A DNA stretch of 64,000 nucleotides, filler included, from Octopus bimaculoides (Eukaryota), in NCBI RefSeq assembly GCF_001194135.2. It is 5 parts of 5 records of this genome, joined end to end, with 100 filler letters (N's around TTAATTAATTAA, not from the genome) between each part and the next. Parts side by side here need not be neighbours in the genome. Positions count along the whole stretch, not along the records: positions 1 to 17,482 come from NC_068981.1; 4 more parts are not named here. One strand, 5' to 3'. Below are positions 1 through 12,780 of the stretch, piece after piece (the stretch's first letter is position 1; each line of letters begins with the position of its first letter). Both the position numbers and the translations under genes were made by a program. Below the pieces are notes generated by a model. The model was not told the DNA's origin and did not search any database. It was given only the letters and a program-made list of their open reading frames with translations.

Positions 1-220
1 TATGAGATTTGCAGTAAGAAATGAGAGCGATGCGGGGAAGAAAAAACAAAGAAGAAAAAGTACTTGTAGTATAGTTCCATTCCAACAGTAAATATCCATG
101 TATAGAATCCGTGTGGGTATTTTCCAGTGATAATTATAGTTGCAATGGTGGATATATATAATTTCGTATCCAGTTTACTCTGTGCGTTGTTTACTTAAAG
201 GACAGCCCGAAGTAAGTGGA

Positions 221-293
221 AGATGTGTGTAGGATTGAGAAGATGTGTGTAGGATTGAGAAGATGTGTGTAGGATTGAGAAGATGTGTGTAGG
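221..293. repeat. 20-bp tandem minisatellite (AGATGTGTGTAGGATTGAGA x3.6)
   Basis: Three exact units at 221, 241 and 261 plus a partial unit 281-293, directly upstream of the hammerhead motif at 300. Confidence 0.95.
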
Positions 294-299
294 GTTACC

Positions 300-348
300 G
301 TCTCCGATGAAGGGATACATTGAAATTTCCCTGAAACAGCTGTAAGAC
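300..348 (+). ncRNA. Minimal type I hammerhead ribozyme motif (Penelope-like element type)
   Basis: Stem I GTCT(300-303)/AGAC(345-348); core CCGATGA(304-310, U4C variant); stem II AGGGA/TCCCT; GAAAC; palindromic stem III AC-AGCT-GT; GUA cleavage triplet ending at 344. Confidence 0.7.
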
Positions 349-402
349 ATTCTACATAAAATATAAATTTACTTATGCCATTGGTCTCTTTATCTCATTC
401 TT

Positions 403-491
<89 letters not shown>

Positions 492-507
492 CTACATACA
501 CACACTG

Positions 508-897
508 TATTCTTTTACTTGTTTCAGTCAAATAACATTTGACTGCGGCCATGCTGAAGCACCGACTTAAAGGGTTTTAGTTGAACAAATCGACCCCAGG
601 AATTATTTTTTAAGCCTAGTACTTATTCTATCGGTCAATTTTGCGGAACCGCTAAGTTGCGGGGATGTAATTACATCAACACCGGTTGTCAAGCGATAAT
701 GGGGACAAACACACACGCGCGCATACACGCGCGCGCGCGCACACACACACATGGGCTTCTTTCAGTTTCCGTCTACCAAATTTTCTCAAAGGCTTTGGTC
801 AACCCGAAGGTATATTAGAAGACACTTGTCCAAGGTGCCACGCTGTGGAACTGAACCCGGAACCATGTGGTTGGGAAGCAAACTTCTTACCACAAAC
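508..897 (-). mobile_element. tRNA-derived SINE, family A (full copy)
   Basis: Reverse complement of the head (GTGGTAAGAAGTTTGCTTCCCAACCACATGGTTCCGGGTTCAG...CCTTGGACAAGTGTC) and tail (...CATGGCCGCAGTCAAATG...GAAACAAGTAAAAGA) seen in many copies in this window. Confidence 0.85.
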
Positions 898-1227
898 CGG
901 AAAAAAACTAAGTTTATGCAATGGAGGGAGAGAGATAGAGAGAGAGAGACATACCTACATGTGTTTCAGTAAAGATTATGTTGGTCTGTCTTATAATCTT
1001 CCCGGAAACATCTTTAAAAATGACAATACAAGTCAAAAAATTCAGAACCATCTCTTCATTTTAGTACATCTCATTATAAGCATAGCCTGAAATATAAGTC
1101 CATGGGTGGTGCAATGAGAAAAACTTGGGTTGGATCTTTCTGGAAGGTAGGATGTTTATGTTTTAGTTTCACTAATTTCCTGGGATGCCATTTGTGATTT
1201 TAGAAAAATGTTTAATAATAATATTGG

Positions 1228-1420
1228 TTACAATTTTAAGCACAAGGCCAACAATTTCGGTTTTGGAGTAGGGTAAGTCGATTGTATCGACTCCAGTGTT
1301 CAACTGGTACTTATTTCATCAACCCCCTAAAGGATGAAAGGCAAAGTCGACCGCGACGAAATTTAAAGTCAGAACACAAAGACAGATGCCTGATGTGATA
1401 AAGATTCTGTCAGCTCGCAG
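1228..1420 (-). mobile_element. SINE family B
   Basis: Reverse complement of GCGAGCTG...GTCGACTTTGCCTTTCATCC...GATGAAATAAGTACCAG, matching the 46081 copy. Confidence 0.8.
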
Positions 1421-4279
1421 CCCTACTCTTTAATGTAATATCAACTTCGCTTTTACTACTCACAGAATGATATTCAGGGCTAGACAAAATAATATTTAGG
1501 TCTTTCTCAATAGCATGTAAGACATATCGCAGGCACTCAGCCATTATGATGTACGACTCCTGATTACCAAATATATGTCATTGTCTTCATTACACCAAGA
1601 ACTGTAATAACGGATTCTCAATCTTCTGTACACAAAAAGGAATTTCAAGTGTAGATTCCTTGTAAGGCTCCCCGCTTGCTTCTCTGTGTGAAACTTTGTG
1701 AAATACGAGATATTGTAGTCTCTCAGCTTTGCGGCTGATTTTTGTCATTCATAATTAAACGCTGTATTGGGGACTTCAGTTAAACGATGATGATATACCG
1801 TCACATTTAAAACAAACCAGCGAAAGATAAAATCATTCAAGACCTTACTCTGTTTTATGTAATTTCTTTTTAATTTTTACGTTTATGAATTTGTTTTGCA
1901 GGATTCCTGATGTGAAATCGTGTGTTGAAACAATTATTGTTTTATTTCAGGATGATCATTTTTTTTTCTCTTTTTTCTTGCCAAATAAACACACGCACTA
2001 TATATTCGTTCTTCACTCGTTTATTATTGTTCTTATTTTATCTTATGTCCATTGACTGGAATCCTTTCGTCACACACCTGTGACCTCTTCAACGACTCTT
2101 TCATCCCACGTGTCTCGTCCTCTAATTTTGTTCGTGATTATTTTAATTTGTTATTAGGTTATTCTCATTTGCATCCAGATCATTTTAATTTCTACTTGAA
2201 AATTATAATTCTTTCACGTATGCGCCCATATTTCAAATAAAATAAATTTTTTTAATGTTATGTAAATATCAAAATAAAACATCGAAAAGGAAAATCCTGT
2301 GTCAGACAAGAAATCAATTTATTCAATGAGAATAGTTTTAGTGAGAATGAAACAAAAGAAAGAATTTCAATATCGTCTGCGAAACTCGAAAGTCGAAATC
2401 CAGATATCAATTCGCTAATTCAAGATTTATTTCATGTCCTATGAAATAATTATATAAAGATTCTGTACCATTTGTAATATAGCCAGAATGGTTAAGCGTC
2501 TTCTATAATAGCTTCTAGTTTAAACGAGATTTGTGAGAGAGCCTTGGTAGGATCTCGTCGGAAGAATTGTTCCTGTTCTTGGCTTTCGGAGCAGATCTCT
2601 TGTCTGAAAATATCTTTCTGCTACTTGGCACGCAGAAGATGGTCAAGTACTCTGCCGTTCTCCCTTTCGCTGATTAGGATAAATATTTGGTGTAACACAC
2701 GTTACACCTGTTTAGCCAGATGTAGTGAATCCTGCTTTAGCCAGATGTAGTGAAACAATGGAGAATGAGGATTTAACCGGATGCACAACGAAAAAATCGA
2801 AAATGGATTTGAATGCATGTGTTGTGAGTTTGTTGCTTAATGCAACCCTTGAACGATTTTTTATATCCGATAGAATATCACTTAATTGTAAAGACTATCC
2901 CTTGGAGAACTGTTGTTGCTTTGGTTGAGAATGTAACAACATAATATTGCATACCAGTAATTAACGGCGAGAGAATATTGATGTCTAAAGATTGTTGGTG
3001 ATGTTGTTATTGTATATCGTTAGTCAGCCCAACTATAGCAAGGACGTAGCAAGATCAAATGTCTCGAAACAGGAACTGCTAGCAGGTACTTAATAAATAT
3101 TTACGTTTACGTCATTGACAGAACAGTGATGTGCCGATAACAGGATCTTTGTGAGAAGCTGAATGCTGACCACATGGTCATTGCTAATGGAATTGAATTT
3201 TATAAGAAAGGGAGCCGTTTAGGGCAAGCCACCAGCAAAAAGGGTTGAAGGTGGAGAATCTTAAGTCATTAGCGTATGAAAAGTTTTTTCTAAAACCAGC
3301 TCTGAAAGACTAAACATATCGACCTTCAAATCAGATGATATAGAAACCAGCTAGGTTTCTCTGTGAGAGACTCTGTACACGTCTGTAGCTGACATAGTTG
3401 GCCATCGAAGCAGATAGCACCAGGATTGGCCTGGATGAAAATAAAAGAGATTCAAGGACTTGTGTAAGAGAAGAATAAATAAACGTTGCAAGTAATACGT
3501 CAACTCACGATTAAAAACAAATGGTGCTTTGTGCTCATGTAAAACAACTCGTTGGAGAACTAAAGGTTATAAAAAGATAATGAGTTTGAGGAAAGGTTCT
3601 CGGGTGATATATATGTCTGCTAACATAAACAGAGCGGAGGCAGTTTTTTTTAAAGTTTACATCCAATTTCTGACTTTTACGACGATAACTAAATGATTAA
3701 TTAGTGTTTGTCAGCAAGGGTTAATCTCATTTCCATGTTCGAAATATAATTTCAGTTTTATAAGCTGAATGAATTTACAGTTGTATATTGTAAAAGCTGA
3801 CCAGAAAATACAAGCTCTTGCGCAAGCTTGATCTGTTCCAGACACATTTTCCATTTTCTTCAGTTCTGTCATATAAAACCCTAAAAGGCCTGGCATTTCT
3901 TACAAATTATCAAAATGATTAATCGTAACTTAAAAAGCAATGTAGAGTCATTGTGTGTGTGTGCGTGNNNNNNNNNNNNNNNNNNNNNNNNNNNNNNNNN
4001 NNNNNNNNNNNNNNNNNNNNNNNNNNNNNNNNNNNNNNNNNNNNNNNNNNNNNNNNNNNNNNNNNNNNNNNNNNNNNNNNNNNNNNNNNNNNNNNNNNNN
4101 NNNNNNNNNNNNNNNNNNNNNNNNNNNNNNNNNNNNNNNNNNNNNNNNNNNNNNNNNNNNNNNNNNNNNNNNNNNNNNNNNNNNNNNNNNNNNNNNNNNN
4201 NNNNNNNNNNNNNNNNNNNNNNNNNNNNNNNNNNNNNNNNNNNNNNNNNNNNNNNNNNNNNNNNNNNNNNNNNNNNNNN

Positions 4280-4311
<32 letters not shown>

Positions 4312-4830
4312 TATAACAAACACACACACACACACACACTTATATGCATATATATATATATTCTTTTATTCGTTTATACGGCATCAATGCCGGAGCACTA
4401 AACACTGTAACTGACCCATCGACGGTATATATAGATTAAGTATAATACATATGACTATTCTATATACATATGGCTTTTTGAGTTAAGACAGTTTCCGGGA
4501 TTTGCAAGTATCTGATTGAATTAGAGTGTATGAATGTATGTATGTATGTATGTATGTATGTATGTACGTATGTATGTACTTATATATGTATGTATATATG
4601 TATGTATGCATGTATGTATGTATTACGTATGTATGTATGTGTGTATGTATGCATGTATGTACGTACGTATGTATGTATGTATGTATGTATATACATATAT
4701 ATAAATATAAATATATAGATATACATACATAGATACATACATACATCTACATATATATATATATNNNNNNNNNNATCAATTTTTTTTCTCTAATTTTTTT
4801 TCTCCGTGTTTTTCTCCTTGTCTCCGTATT

Positions 4831-4865
4831 CCTTCTGTTGAAGAGCGTAGCTCGAAACGTCAAAG
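4831..4865 (+). ncRNA. Degenerate hammerhead ribozyme-like motif
   Basis: CTGTTGA-A-GAGC(gta)GCTC-GAAAC-GTC-AAAG: A6U core variant, 4-bp stem II, ACGT palindrome, weak stem I. Confidence 0.4.
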
Positions 4866-4953
4866 ACTTTCCGTATTCCCGAGCGTCATACTAATATATA
4901 CTTTTGTTATTTACACCACCTGTCCTCGTCTGTTATTATTTGTATATTCTCCC

Positions 4954-5021
<68 letters not shown>

Positions 5022-5269
5022 TATAATTTTCTGAATCTTCAGATTTTTTCAAAATGCTAGGCCACTGGTTTAAACTGATATTAATCTAATTTATATCAAT
5101 AGTTAACATACACGCATATACATACACATATGTATATATATTTGCTTCCTTCATTATACAAGGATGTAGTGCATAGTGTAAGTGTGTACAGAAAAGACAT
5201 CAGTTATATGACGTTCATAAATAAACAGCCTGAAAGGAGTAGTTTTTCTCATGTATTTGCAACAGTTTT

Positions 5270-6560
5270 AGGTTAGAAGGTTTTGTTTAATGAACTGCTT
5301 CTACAACCCCGGCGGATTCATCTCTCTCTAGGAATATATTTGAATTTCCGAAACATTATCTTTCTGCGTTCTCTCTCCTCATAGCTAAACGAGACACCGT
5401 GTTTACAGAGTTAATTCCCGAATCGTTTTAAGAATTGTTTCTGCCTTGAGAAAAACTGCGACACTGAAAAACGCGTAAACAACAGATATCACATCTTAAG
5501 TGGGACTGATTCTAATTTAGCCTTGTCACAAGACAGTCTGAAGAACGTACAAGTATTAGAATTTGGAGCTTTAGCCAACCACTTCAGATATTGTAATTGA
5601 ATTCGGGTGTATGTATGTATGTATGTATGTATTATGTATGTATGTATGCGCAGATTTGTATGTTTTATGTATGTATTCTCATGCATATAGTTACATATCT
5701 AGACATGCTCTTATATATTTAAATGATAAACTTCTGGAAAGTTTTACAGATTTTTACAGTTCCTGTGATGGATTGGATCTGTAGTCTTCGAATTAGCTTT
5801 CTCCTTTCTTGTTTTGAGAAGCTTAATTTCTCAAGATTGGTGTTTAGGCAGTGTGTTACATATCCCAGGGCCCCAATGATTACAGGTATAAACCTGAACT
5901 TGTAATTTGGATAGAGTAACTGCAGATTTCTCAATAGTTCAGCATAGGTGTTCTCTTTTCACTGATCTTCAGCTTTCTGTTAACATCCACTGGGCAGATG
6001 ATTTCCACAACTCTGTACAGTTTCTCTTCTCGATCCCAAATCATTATATCAGGTCTGTTGTGCTTACATTTTATTAAGGCCTTCACTGCGACATTCCACC
6101 CGTATTCCTTTTTATTATGAATGGCTATGTCTTCTACCATATTGTGGGTTCTTATTTCTTTGTCTTCGGGGTTATCCTTCCGACGGATTTCATTATACAG
6201 TGCCCTAGATACATCATGTCTCATTGATAAATAAAACTGTGATGACATTTTCGGACAACAGCTTATGATGTAGGTGATATCTTCAGTGTGAACTCCACAT
6301 AGTGTGCATTTGTTGTCCCGTTTTACGCCCTTTCCGCATCTTTATCCCTTTTATGCATCAGGTACTTGGTTGATATTTCCTTTTCCTGGATTGCAAATGT
6401 ATACTCTTCAAAGTGGGAGGTAGTAATCCGGCTATTGGTCCATGATGAACTGCTTTGATGATCGATGTTACTATCACCACGGAGCTTTCAACTAACATAT
6501 CCCTGCATGGTCTTCTGCTCAAATAGGTTCATCCTTCCATTTGATGATACGTTGTGGTAG
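5270..6560 (-). mobile_element. 5'-truncated R4/Dong-like non-LTR retrotransposon (restriction-like endonuclease), degenerate
   Basis: Minus-strand translation gives a zinc knuckle (KCTLCGVHTEDITYIISCC), RHD, RPDIMIWD...VVEI and PVIIGALG motifs (ORFs 5931-6248, 5719-5934), followed by a 3' UTR containing (TACA)n. Confidence 0.85.
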
Positions 6561-6784
6561 AGGGCCAGTAGAAGATGGTAAGGAGACAGAAAATGTACAA
6601 TAAATATAAACTGAAAAATAACAATACACAAAATGCTCAGTGGATGGTAACAACCTCTAAAATGTCGTCAATTGTGCTGAAATTTTGCATGTTGAATTTT
6701 TGCACTAAATTGAATGAAATTAGAGGGTGTCTTCAAGTTTTTGAAATGATAAGCTATTTTGCATCACGCTAATATATATATTCT

Positions 6785-6985
6785 TTCATTCTTTTACTCT
6801 TTAACTTGTTTTACTCATTTTGACAGCAGCCATCTTTGAACACCGTCTTTAGTCGAACAAAATGGACCCCAGGACTTATTCTTTGTAAGCCTAGTAGTTA
6901 TTCTATCGGTTTTTTTGTGGGGACTTAAACACACTAACGTCGGTTGTCAATCGATGGTGAGGGAACAAACACAGACACACAAATA
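6785..6985 (-). mobile_element. SINE family A, 3' half
   Basis: Matches the tail of family A (GACCCCAGGACTTATTCTTTGTAAGCCTAGTA...CTATCGG). Confidence 0.8.
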
Positions 6986-6994
6986 CATACATAA

Positions 6995-7043
<49 letters not shown>

Positions 7044-7620
7044 CAGAAAATGGAGAAAATTTTAAATCAACAAACAAATCAATTGGACCACATCTGTAGC
7101 TTATTATTTAATGCTAACATGACATAACATTTATGTAACATAACAATTCTTACGGCCGTTTCCGCTTCCGATATCAGTCAGTGCCTACGAAAGAATTACG
7201 AAAATGATATTCTTCATTTTCATAGGATATTCGAACCAGAACATGGAGGTTCATCAGAGTGAATACAAAAGCATCCAGAAAATAAACAAAAGGAAGAGGG
7301 AATAGGAAAGAAAACATGGCCTAGAGAAGAAGCCTGGAGGCTTAATATATTAAAATCATACAATCTTCCATCATAGGACTTCGAAGTCAGTAGGCAAAAG
7401 AATGATTTAGCAATGGTCTAGGGAAATAATATTTGGGGGTTATTACGTATAAAGGGGGAACCAAGATGTTTTAAAAGTTGTGAAAAGAAGTTAGCAAAAA
7501 AAATAATACAAGAAAAATACTAACTTGTCTAGAAAGAGACCAATACATATGTTATTATATATATCGCTAGTTGATATTTATCCAAAACAATACCGTAGGG
7601 TTCTTCTAGTAGTGTACTTA

Positions 7621-7970
7621 CTTAAATATTACAGAGAACAGCACCTGTTGTCCGCAATAGGATAGACCGAAGTCTATTTATCTCTACAAGTGGTCAATTA
7701 TATTTGAACCAAAGTCTAAAGTTAAAACCGTTTCAATGAATATGTAAATAAAAAAGAAAAATAAGTAAAAAAAAAAAAAAAGAGAGAGGGGGAAATCATA
7801 GTCTTTTCCCTGCTCCCTTTATTTGCTTATTTTTCTTTTTTATTTACATATCCATTGAAACGGTTTTAACTTTTGACCTTGGTTCAAATATAATTGACCA
7901 ATTGTAGAGATGAATAGACTTCGGTCTATCCCATTGCGGACAACAGGCGATGTTCTCTGTAATATTCAAG
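7621..7970. repeat. ~350-bp fold-back (quasi-palindrome) with ~160-bp arms
   Basis: 7621-7780 (CTTAAATATTACAGAGAACAGC...GATAGACCGAAGTCTAT...AAACCGTTTCAATG) is the reverse complement of 7817-7970 with scattered mismatches; the spacer is itself partly self-complementary. Confidence 0.9.
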
Positions 7971-8569
7971 AAATAAACTCGACTGTTCTCACAAACGAAA
8001 TTACTGAAAATGAACGCAACCGCTCTCAAAAGTAAAGTTAAAGAAAAACGGAAAAATAATCCAGAATCCGTGTCCGGTACCAGATCGATCCCAATGGTAG
8101 TAATGGAAAGTGAAGGTGGGTATGCGGGCCGTGTTTGTAAAGCTGTGTGTGTGTCCTTTGCAGTGGGAACAGGGACAGTTTTCTCTATGAAGCCTTTTTT
8201 TTAGTCTATCCAGATATAGTGTCTTTACGACCGTTAAGGTCTACAGTGAAAAATTTATCCGTGCGTGATGAAAACGGAATCACCTGCATACGGTGCTGTT
8301 AATAGAGGTTTAACAATATCGTTGCGCACAAAAACGTGAGTCCAAGAAGTAAAGCTTCCTTCAAGGCAGAGCTAGAAATGCAACTGTCAAGTAGTTAAAA
8401 AGTTTTAAACAAGAACAATATATTCAAAATAGGTAAAACTAGAAATTGTCGAGGAAAAATTAAATTTATTATTGTTACTGAATATGTTAGTGCTATTTAA
8501 TTTATGAATGGTTTTGCTGCCGTTTGTTTATGTAGTTTGATATCTTTATCTATCAGTTCCTACTAAAAT

Positions 8570-8907
8570 AGAGACGTGAGTAAAATTAATAACAGAGAAA
8601 CGAAAATAAAACTTTGGAAACAGCAACGCCGCCATAACTTACGTGGAAACCATGAGCGTGCTTTCAAGGGAGATAATCAGAGAAAGACTTGAAAGTGAAC
8701 GTAAGATCGTAATAGTTCATGTAAAGTAAATATAAAGAATAATCCTTGTCCGGTACCGGATCGATCCCAAAATTTAATCAGTTCGTGCCAGTCACGAGGC
8801 CAAACAACCCTGAAAGTTTCATCCGAATCCATCCAGCGGTTCTTGAAATATCTTGTCGACGGAAAAACAAACAACCGTTATTACTTCCGCCTTAGCGGAA
8901 GTAATAA
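8570..8907. mobile_element. Helentron/HINE-like non-autonomous element ending in a 13-bp hairpin
   Basis: Perfect stem TTATTACTTCCGC(8878-8890)-CTTA-GCGGAAGTAATAA(8895-8907). An internal TCCGGTACCGGATCGATCCCAA motif recurs at ~8065-8095. Left boundary uncertain. Confidence 0.45.
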
Positions 8908-8919
8908 TGATAATGATAA

Positions 8920-9175
8920 TGCATGGAACCCTAGATCCGAAAGTTGATATCAACTTGTTGTACTTGAAGAGACTTAATAGCAGTAGAAGAATGTGTACAG
9001 ATGGGAGGAAAAGGCGTAGTAGAGTACTTACAGAGCAGCACAGAAAAACTACTAAAGACAATGAATAAAGAACAAGTGATCAAGTGCGTAAGAGGAGAAA
9101 AGAATAAGAATGAAATACAAAGAGAGCGCGTCAGACAGATCGAAGAGAAACCTGTGCATGGCCAGTTTTGGAACC
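8920..9175 (+). mobile_element. Internal fragment of R4/Dong-like ORF
   Basis: Translations MHGTLDPKVDINLLYLKR (HPKxDxxRLY motif) and EEKPVHGQFW (KxLHGQ motif) are typical of R4-clade ORFs. Confidence 0.6.
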
Positions 9176-9575
9176 TGTACGAGGCAATTGCTCGACGCCT
9201 TAAAACCTGTGGTGTGTGCGAGTAATTAGAAGTAATCAGCTTACCTCGTCTTCCTTCCGCCGCTCGAGCCTGTCTTGTGGTATCCTGTCCTCGCGCCTGG
9301 CCCGACCCTAAGAACGTTAGAAATAGCAGCTGCCTCTCCCTCACCTGGACGATCGCCTCGCACGTCTTCTCGTCGCAACGACCCCGCTCGAAAAGGGCAC
9401 GAAATCTCACTCGTGGCTACCTCTGCCCCTCGCCCCTTCCGGTCGGCTCCGAGTTCCGGTCAGCTCCCGGTTCCGGTCAGCGGTCAGCTCCCCAGTCGCT
9501 GACGTCATACCACACATAATTGATGCGAAAGGGGGGGGGCAACATTGGAGTAAATAATCAAATATCCGTGTAACA
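9176..9575. other. GC/CpG-rich segment, possibly an LTR fragment
   Basis: Visibly much more GC- and CpG-rich than its flanks; repeated TTCCGGTCAG/CTCCCGG units; TGACGTCA at 9500-9507; no matching target-site duplication found. Confidence 0.3.
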
Positions 9576-9732
9576 AAGTGTTACCATTATTTTATCCGAC
9601 CCGTATATATTNNNNNNNNNNNNNNNNNNNNNNNNNNNNNNNNNNNNNNNNNNNNNNNNNNNNNNNNNNNNNNNNNNNNNNNNNNNNNNNNNNNNNNNNN
9701 NNNNNNNNNNNNNNNNNNNNNNNNNNNNNNNA

Positions 9733-9771
9733 AAGAAGAAGAAGAAGAAGAAGAAGAAGAAGAAGAAGAAG

Positions 9772-9800
<29 letters not shown>
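9733..9800. repeat. (GAA)n microsatellite
   Basis: Perfect GAA run following a gap. Confidence 0.95.
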
Positions 9801-9802
<2 letters not shown>

Positions 9803-10685
9803 GAGCCAGAAAGAGAAGGTGATCCCAAAAGAAAGAATGTTTATGTCTGTTAAAGTAGATTACTAAATGCTACCTAAAAATTATAATAGATGCTTTGACA
9901 TGTAAATTAGTAACAATGCAAAGATGTTTTTCCCATTAGGATTCTTAGCAAATAATATTTAGTTGCTGTAAAACAGACTTTGTTTCGCAGTTTGACGATT
10001 ATTCAACAAATTCGCGATTTATTCCTGTAAGACAAACAAATCAGAAATATATGACACGTCAACTTTCTCCATTATTGTTATTTTGCCAGCTGTATCTTCT
10101 GACCATACGTTGGTCCGGATCACAGCCATTTATATGGCATTATCGCTGCTTCTGTGAAATAAATACATAACGTGGCAGTTCTATGAAATGTCGACGTTGT
10201 CATGACAATCGAATTAACATTTGTTTGAACAAGAACAGTTTACACTAAGCAAAACCAGTTTTTGTCTGTTTGGAGATACTCTTAAATTTAAAAAAAAAGT
10301 AGTAATTTTTTTTATCTAAGTTCTGTGGGGGAAATAACAAAGGCGTTAACAGCAAACTCAGTTGACGGAAGTAAATTTTAGTTTAATCCCTGCCTTGTCA
10401 TATTCAATTACCAAAAGATGACTGAAGATAACATCGAACGAAATACAGTGTTAGCAAGATATCAATGCTGGGGGCATAGTCTAAAAGAAAATGAACAAAA
10501 CCCATTAAATTGAATTTATTGTAGGAATTTAATCTAAGCGATATGAACCGGTTGAAAGGAATATATTATTTGAGAGAAATGAAATTAAAATAAGTTCAAT
10601 TTTAAAATCAGGGATCGGCAAATATTTCTTATCGCTGAACCCTTCATGGATTTGCTAATAACTTATTGCCTCATCCACTGAATTT

Positions 10686-10727
10686 TGTAGCTGTGTGGTA
10701 AGAAGCTTGCTTCCCAACCACATGATC

Positions 10728-10765
<38 letters not shown>

Positions 10766-10982
10766 TTGTTATTTCTGTCTGTGTTTGTCCCCGCCCCCAA
10801 CCATCGCTTGACAACCGATGTTGGTGTGTTTATGTCCCCGTAACTTAGCGGTTCGGCAAAAGAGCACGATAGAATAAGTACTAGACTTACAAAGAATAAG
10901 TCCTGGGGTCGATTTGTTCGACTAAAGGTGGTGCTCCAGCATGGCCGCAGTCAAATAACTGAAACAAGTAAAAGAATTAAAA
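10686..10982 (+). mobile_element. SINE family A with internal deletion
   Basis: Head GCTGTGTGGTAAGAAGCTTGCTTCCCAACCACATG jumps to the (TG)n tract and full tail. Confidence 0.85.
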
Positions 10983-11177
10983 GTATAATTAATAAAAAAA
11001 ATCTTGATTTAAAAATAATAATTTCTGTCATTATTACTTTTTAATAAGAAATATTTCCTTATATTTAAGGAAATCTAATGAAATTTCTTGCAACTTAACC
11101 GAATATATTTGCGTTTTTGCAAATCTATGTGACTTCAACTAGTTCGACACAAATCTATGATTTATATCACATTTTAG

Positions 11178-11218
<41 letters not shown>

Positions 11219-12419
11219 GCACACACACACACGCATACACACACACGCACACACACGCACACACACACACACGCGCGCACACACACAAACTATCATGTTA
11301 CATTTATATTGTTGCTTATGTAATTTCATTCAGCCCGCCATGCATAAGTTTGTGAATAAAAGTCGTTTTAAAATGTTACAAGGTTAAATCCTTTTTATTG
11401 GGTTTTAATGCAATCTATGCATATAAACAACACACATACTCACAAATTTACACAGACACACACACACACACACACACATACACACACACGCACACAAACA
11501 CACACCCAAATACACACACACACAATTTAGCTTACACTTCAACTGATTCGAATATAAACTGTTTGCCTTCAGTTAGTTATTTCATTGAATTAGTAGATTA
11601 ATTATCCTCCCATCTCTTTTTCACACGTGACCGATAATTAATCGGAATGCTTTTAACTTAATATTTTTAATTCATTTTTTTCCCATTATTCATTCATCTA
11701 GTTCTCTATTTATTTTTATTTATTCGATATTACCTTTTTATTACTACCTTCGTTAGATTTTATATATTTTCCGCTTAACTATGAGTGCAAGCTTTATAGC
11801 GTTCCGTTTTGCGAAGTTTCTGAAAGACGCGGTGTGGTGGTGAAATTTCTACTTGAAGGATCATTCAGTCAGTCTATATATATCGCGTTAGGTTAGTATT
11901 CTGGTTTGCGTCCATAGTTTTGAACTCTTTCTTATAAATGATGTGCTTATAAATGATGTGCTAGATTATTCATTCAGCGGGCATGCCGTGGGGTTCTTAC
12001 ATGAGCATCCAGCTTCAAAAGCAGGGTTTCTGTGATATAATTTCTTTCATAGGAGTGTAACTATGTGATCTTAATTATATGGCGAGTGAGGACATTCCTA
12101 TTTTTGTTTGTGGTGGGGAATGTCTGTATATTAAAATTTACCTTAGAAAATATTATAGTTTCCAACTTCAAAATTCCTACGCGCATGCTCTGAATGGAGT
12201 GGGATGCGACTTCTGAATTACCCTAACAGTCGTTTTGAAAAAAGATTCAGTCTGATACGAAGAGGTCATGTGGTCTGACATAGAAATCGAAACATTTTCC
12301 ATAACTTGAACTTGAATGAAAATTTTTGATCCGAGACTAACAGTTACTCGCTTGTCGTGGGAATTTAAAACATAGATACACACACATACATACATACATA
12401 CATACATACAAAAAGAAAA

Positions 12420-12711
12420 CTGGAACTCCATCGATTACGGCGACGAGAGATTCAGTTGATCCAATCAACGGAACAGCCTGCTCGTGAATGTGCAGACACG
12501 CATACTCTTAATGTAGTTTTCAGGGTGATTCAGTGCGACATAGACCGTGACAAGGCTGGCCCTTGGATTAAAATAAAGCAATTTTCCCCAGCTGATTGGA
12601 TCGGAGCAACATGAAATAAAGCCTTTTGCTCAAGGACACGACGCACCACCGGGAATCGAACGCATTACCTTACAATCGTAAGCCCAATACCTAACATTAA
12701 GTCACACGCCT
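12420..12711 (-). mobile_element. tRNA-derived SINE, family C
   Basis: Reverse complement shares GAGCAGGCTGTTCCGTTGAT(C/T)GGATCAACT and CCTTGAGCAA with the 60280 copy; B-box-like GTTCGATTCCCGG. Confidence 0.75.
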
Positions 12712-12780
12712 TTGATACATACATGCATACATACATACATACATACATACATACATACATACATACATACATACATACAT

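Noticed and set aside
221-293. Regular 20-bp repeats as a possible CRISPR array
   Set aside because: The units are contiguous with no unique spacers, the context is eukaryotic, and there are no cas genes.
3881-4746. ORFs made of X, YI, HT, CV or poly-L/N/R runs (here and throughout the track)
   Set aside because: They are translations of N gaps and di-, tri- or tetranucleotide microsatellites.
7147-7185. Minus-strand GAAAC-GGCC-GTA-AGA hammerhead 3' half
   Set aside because: No CUGANGA core or stem I/II in register upstream.
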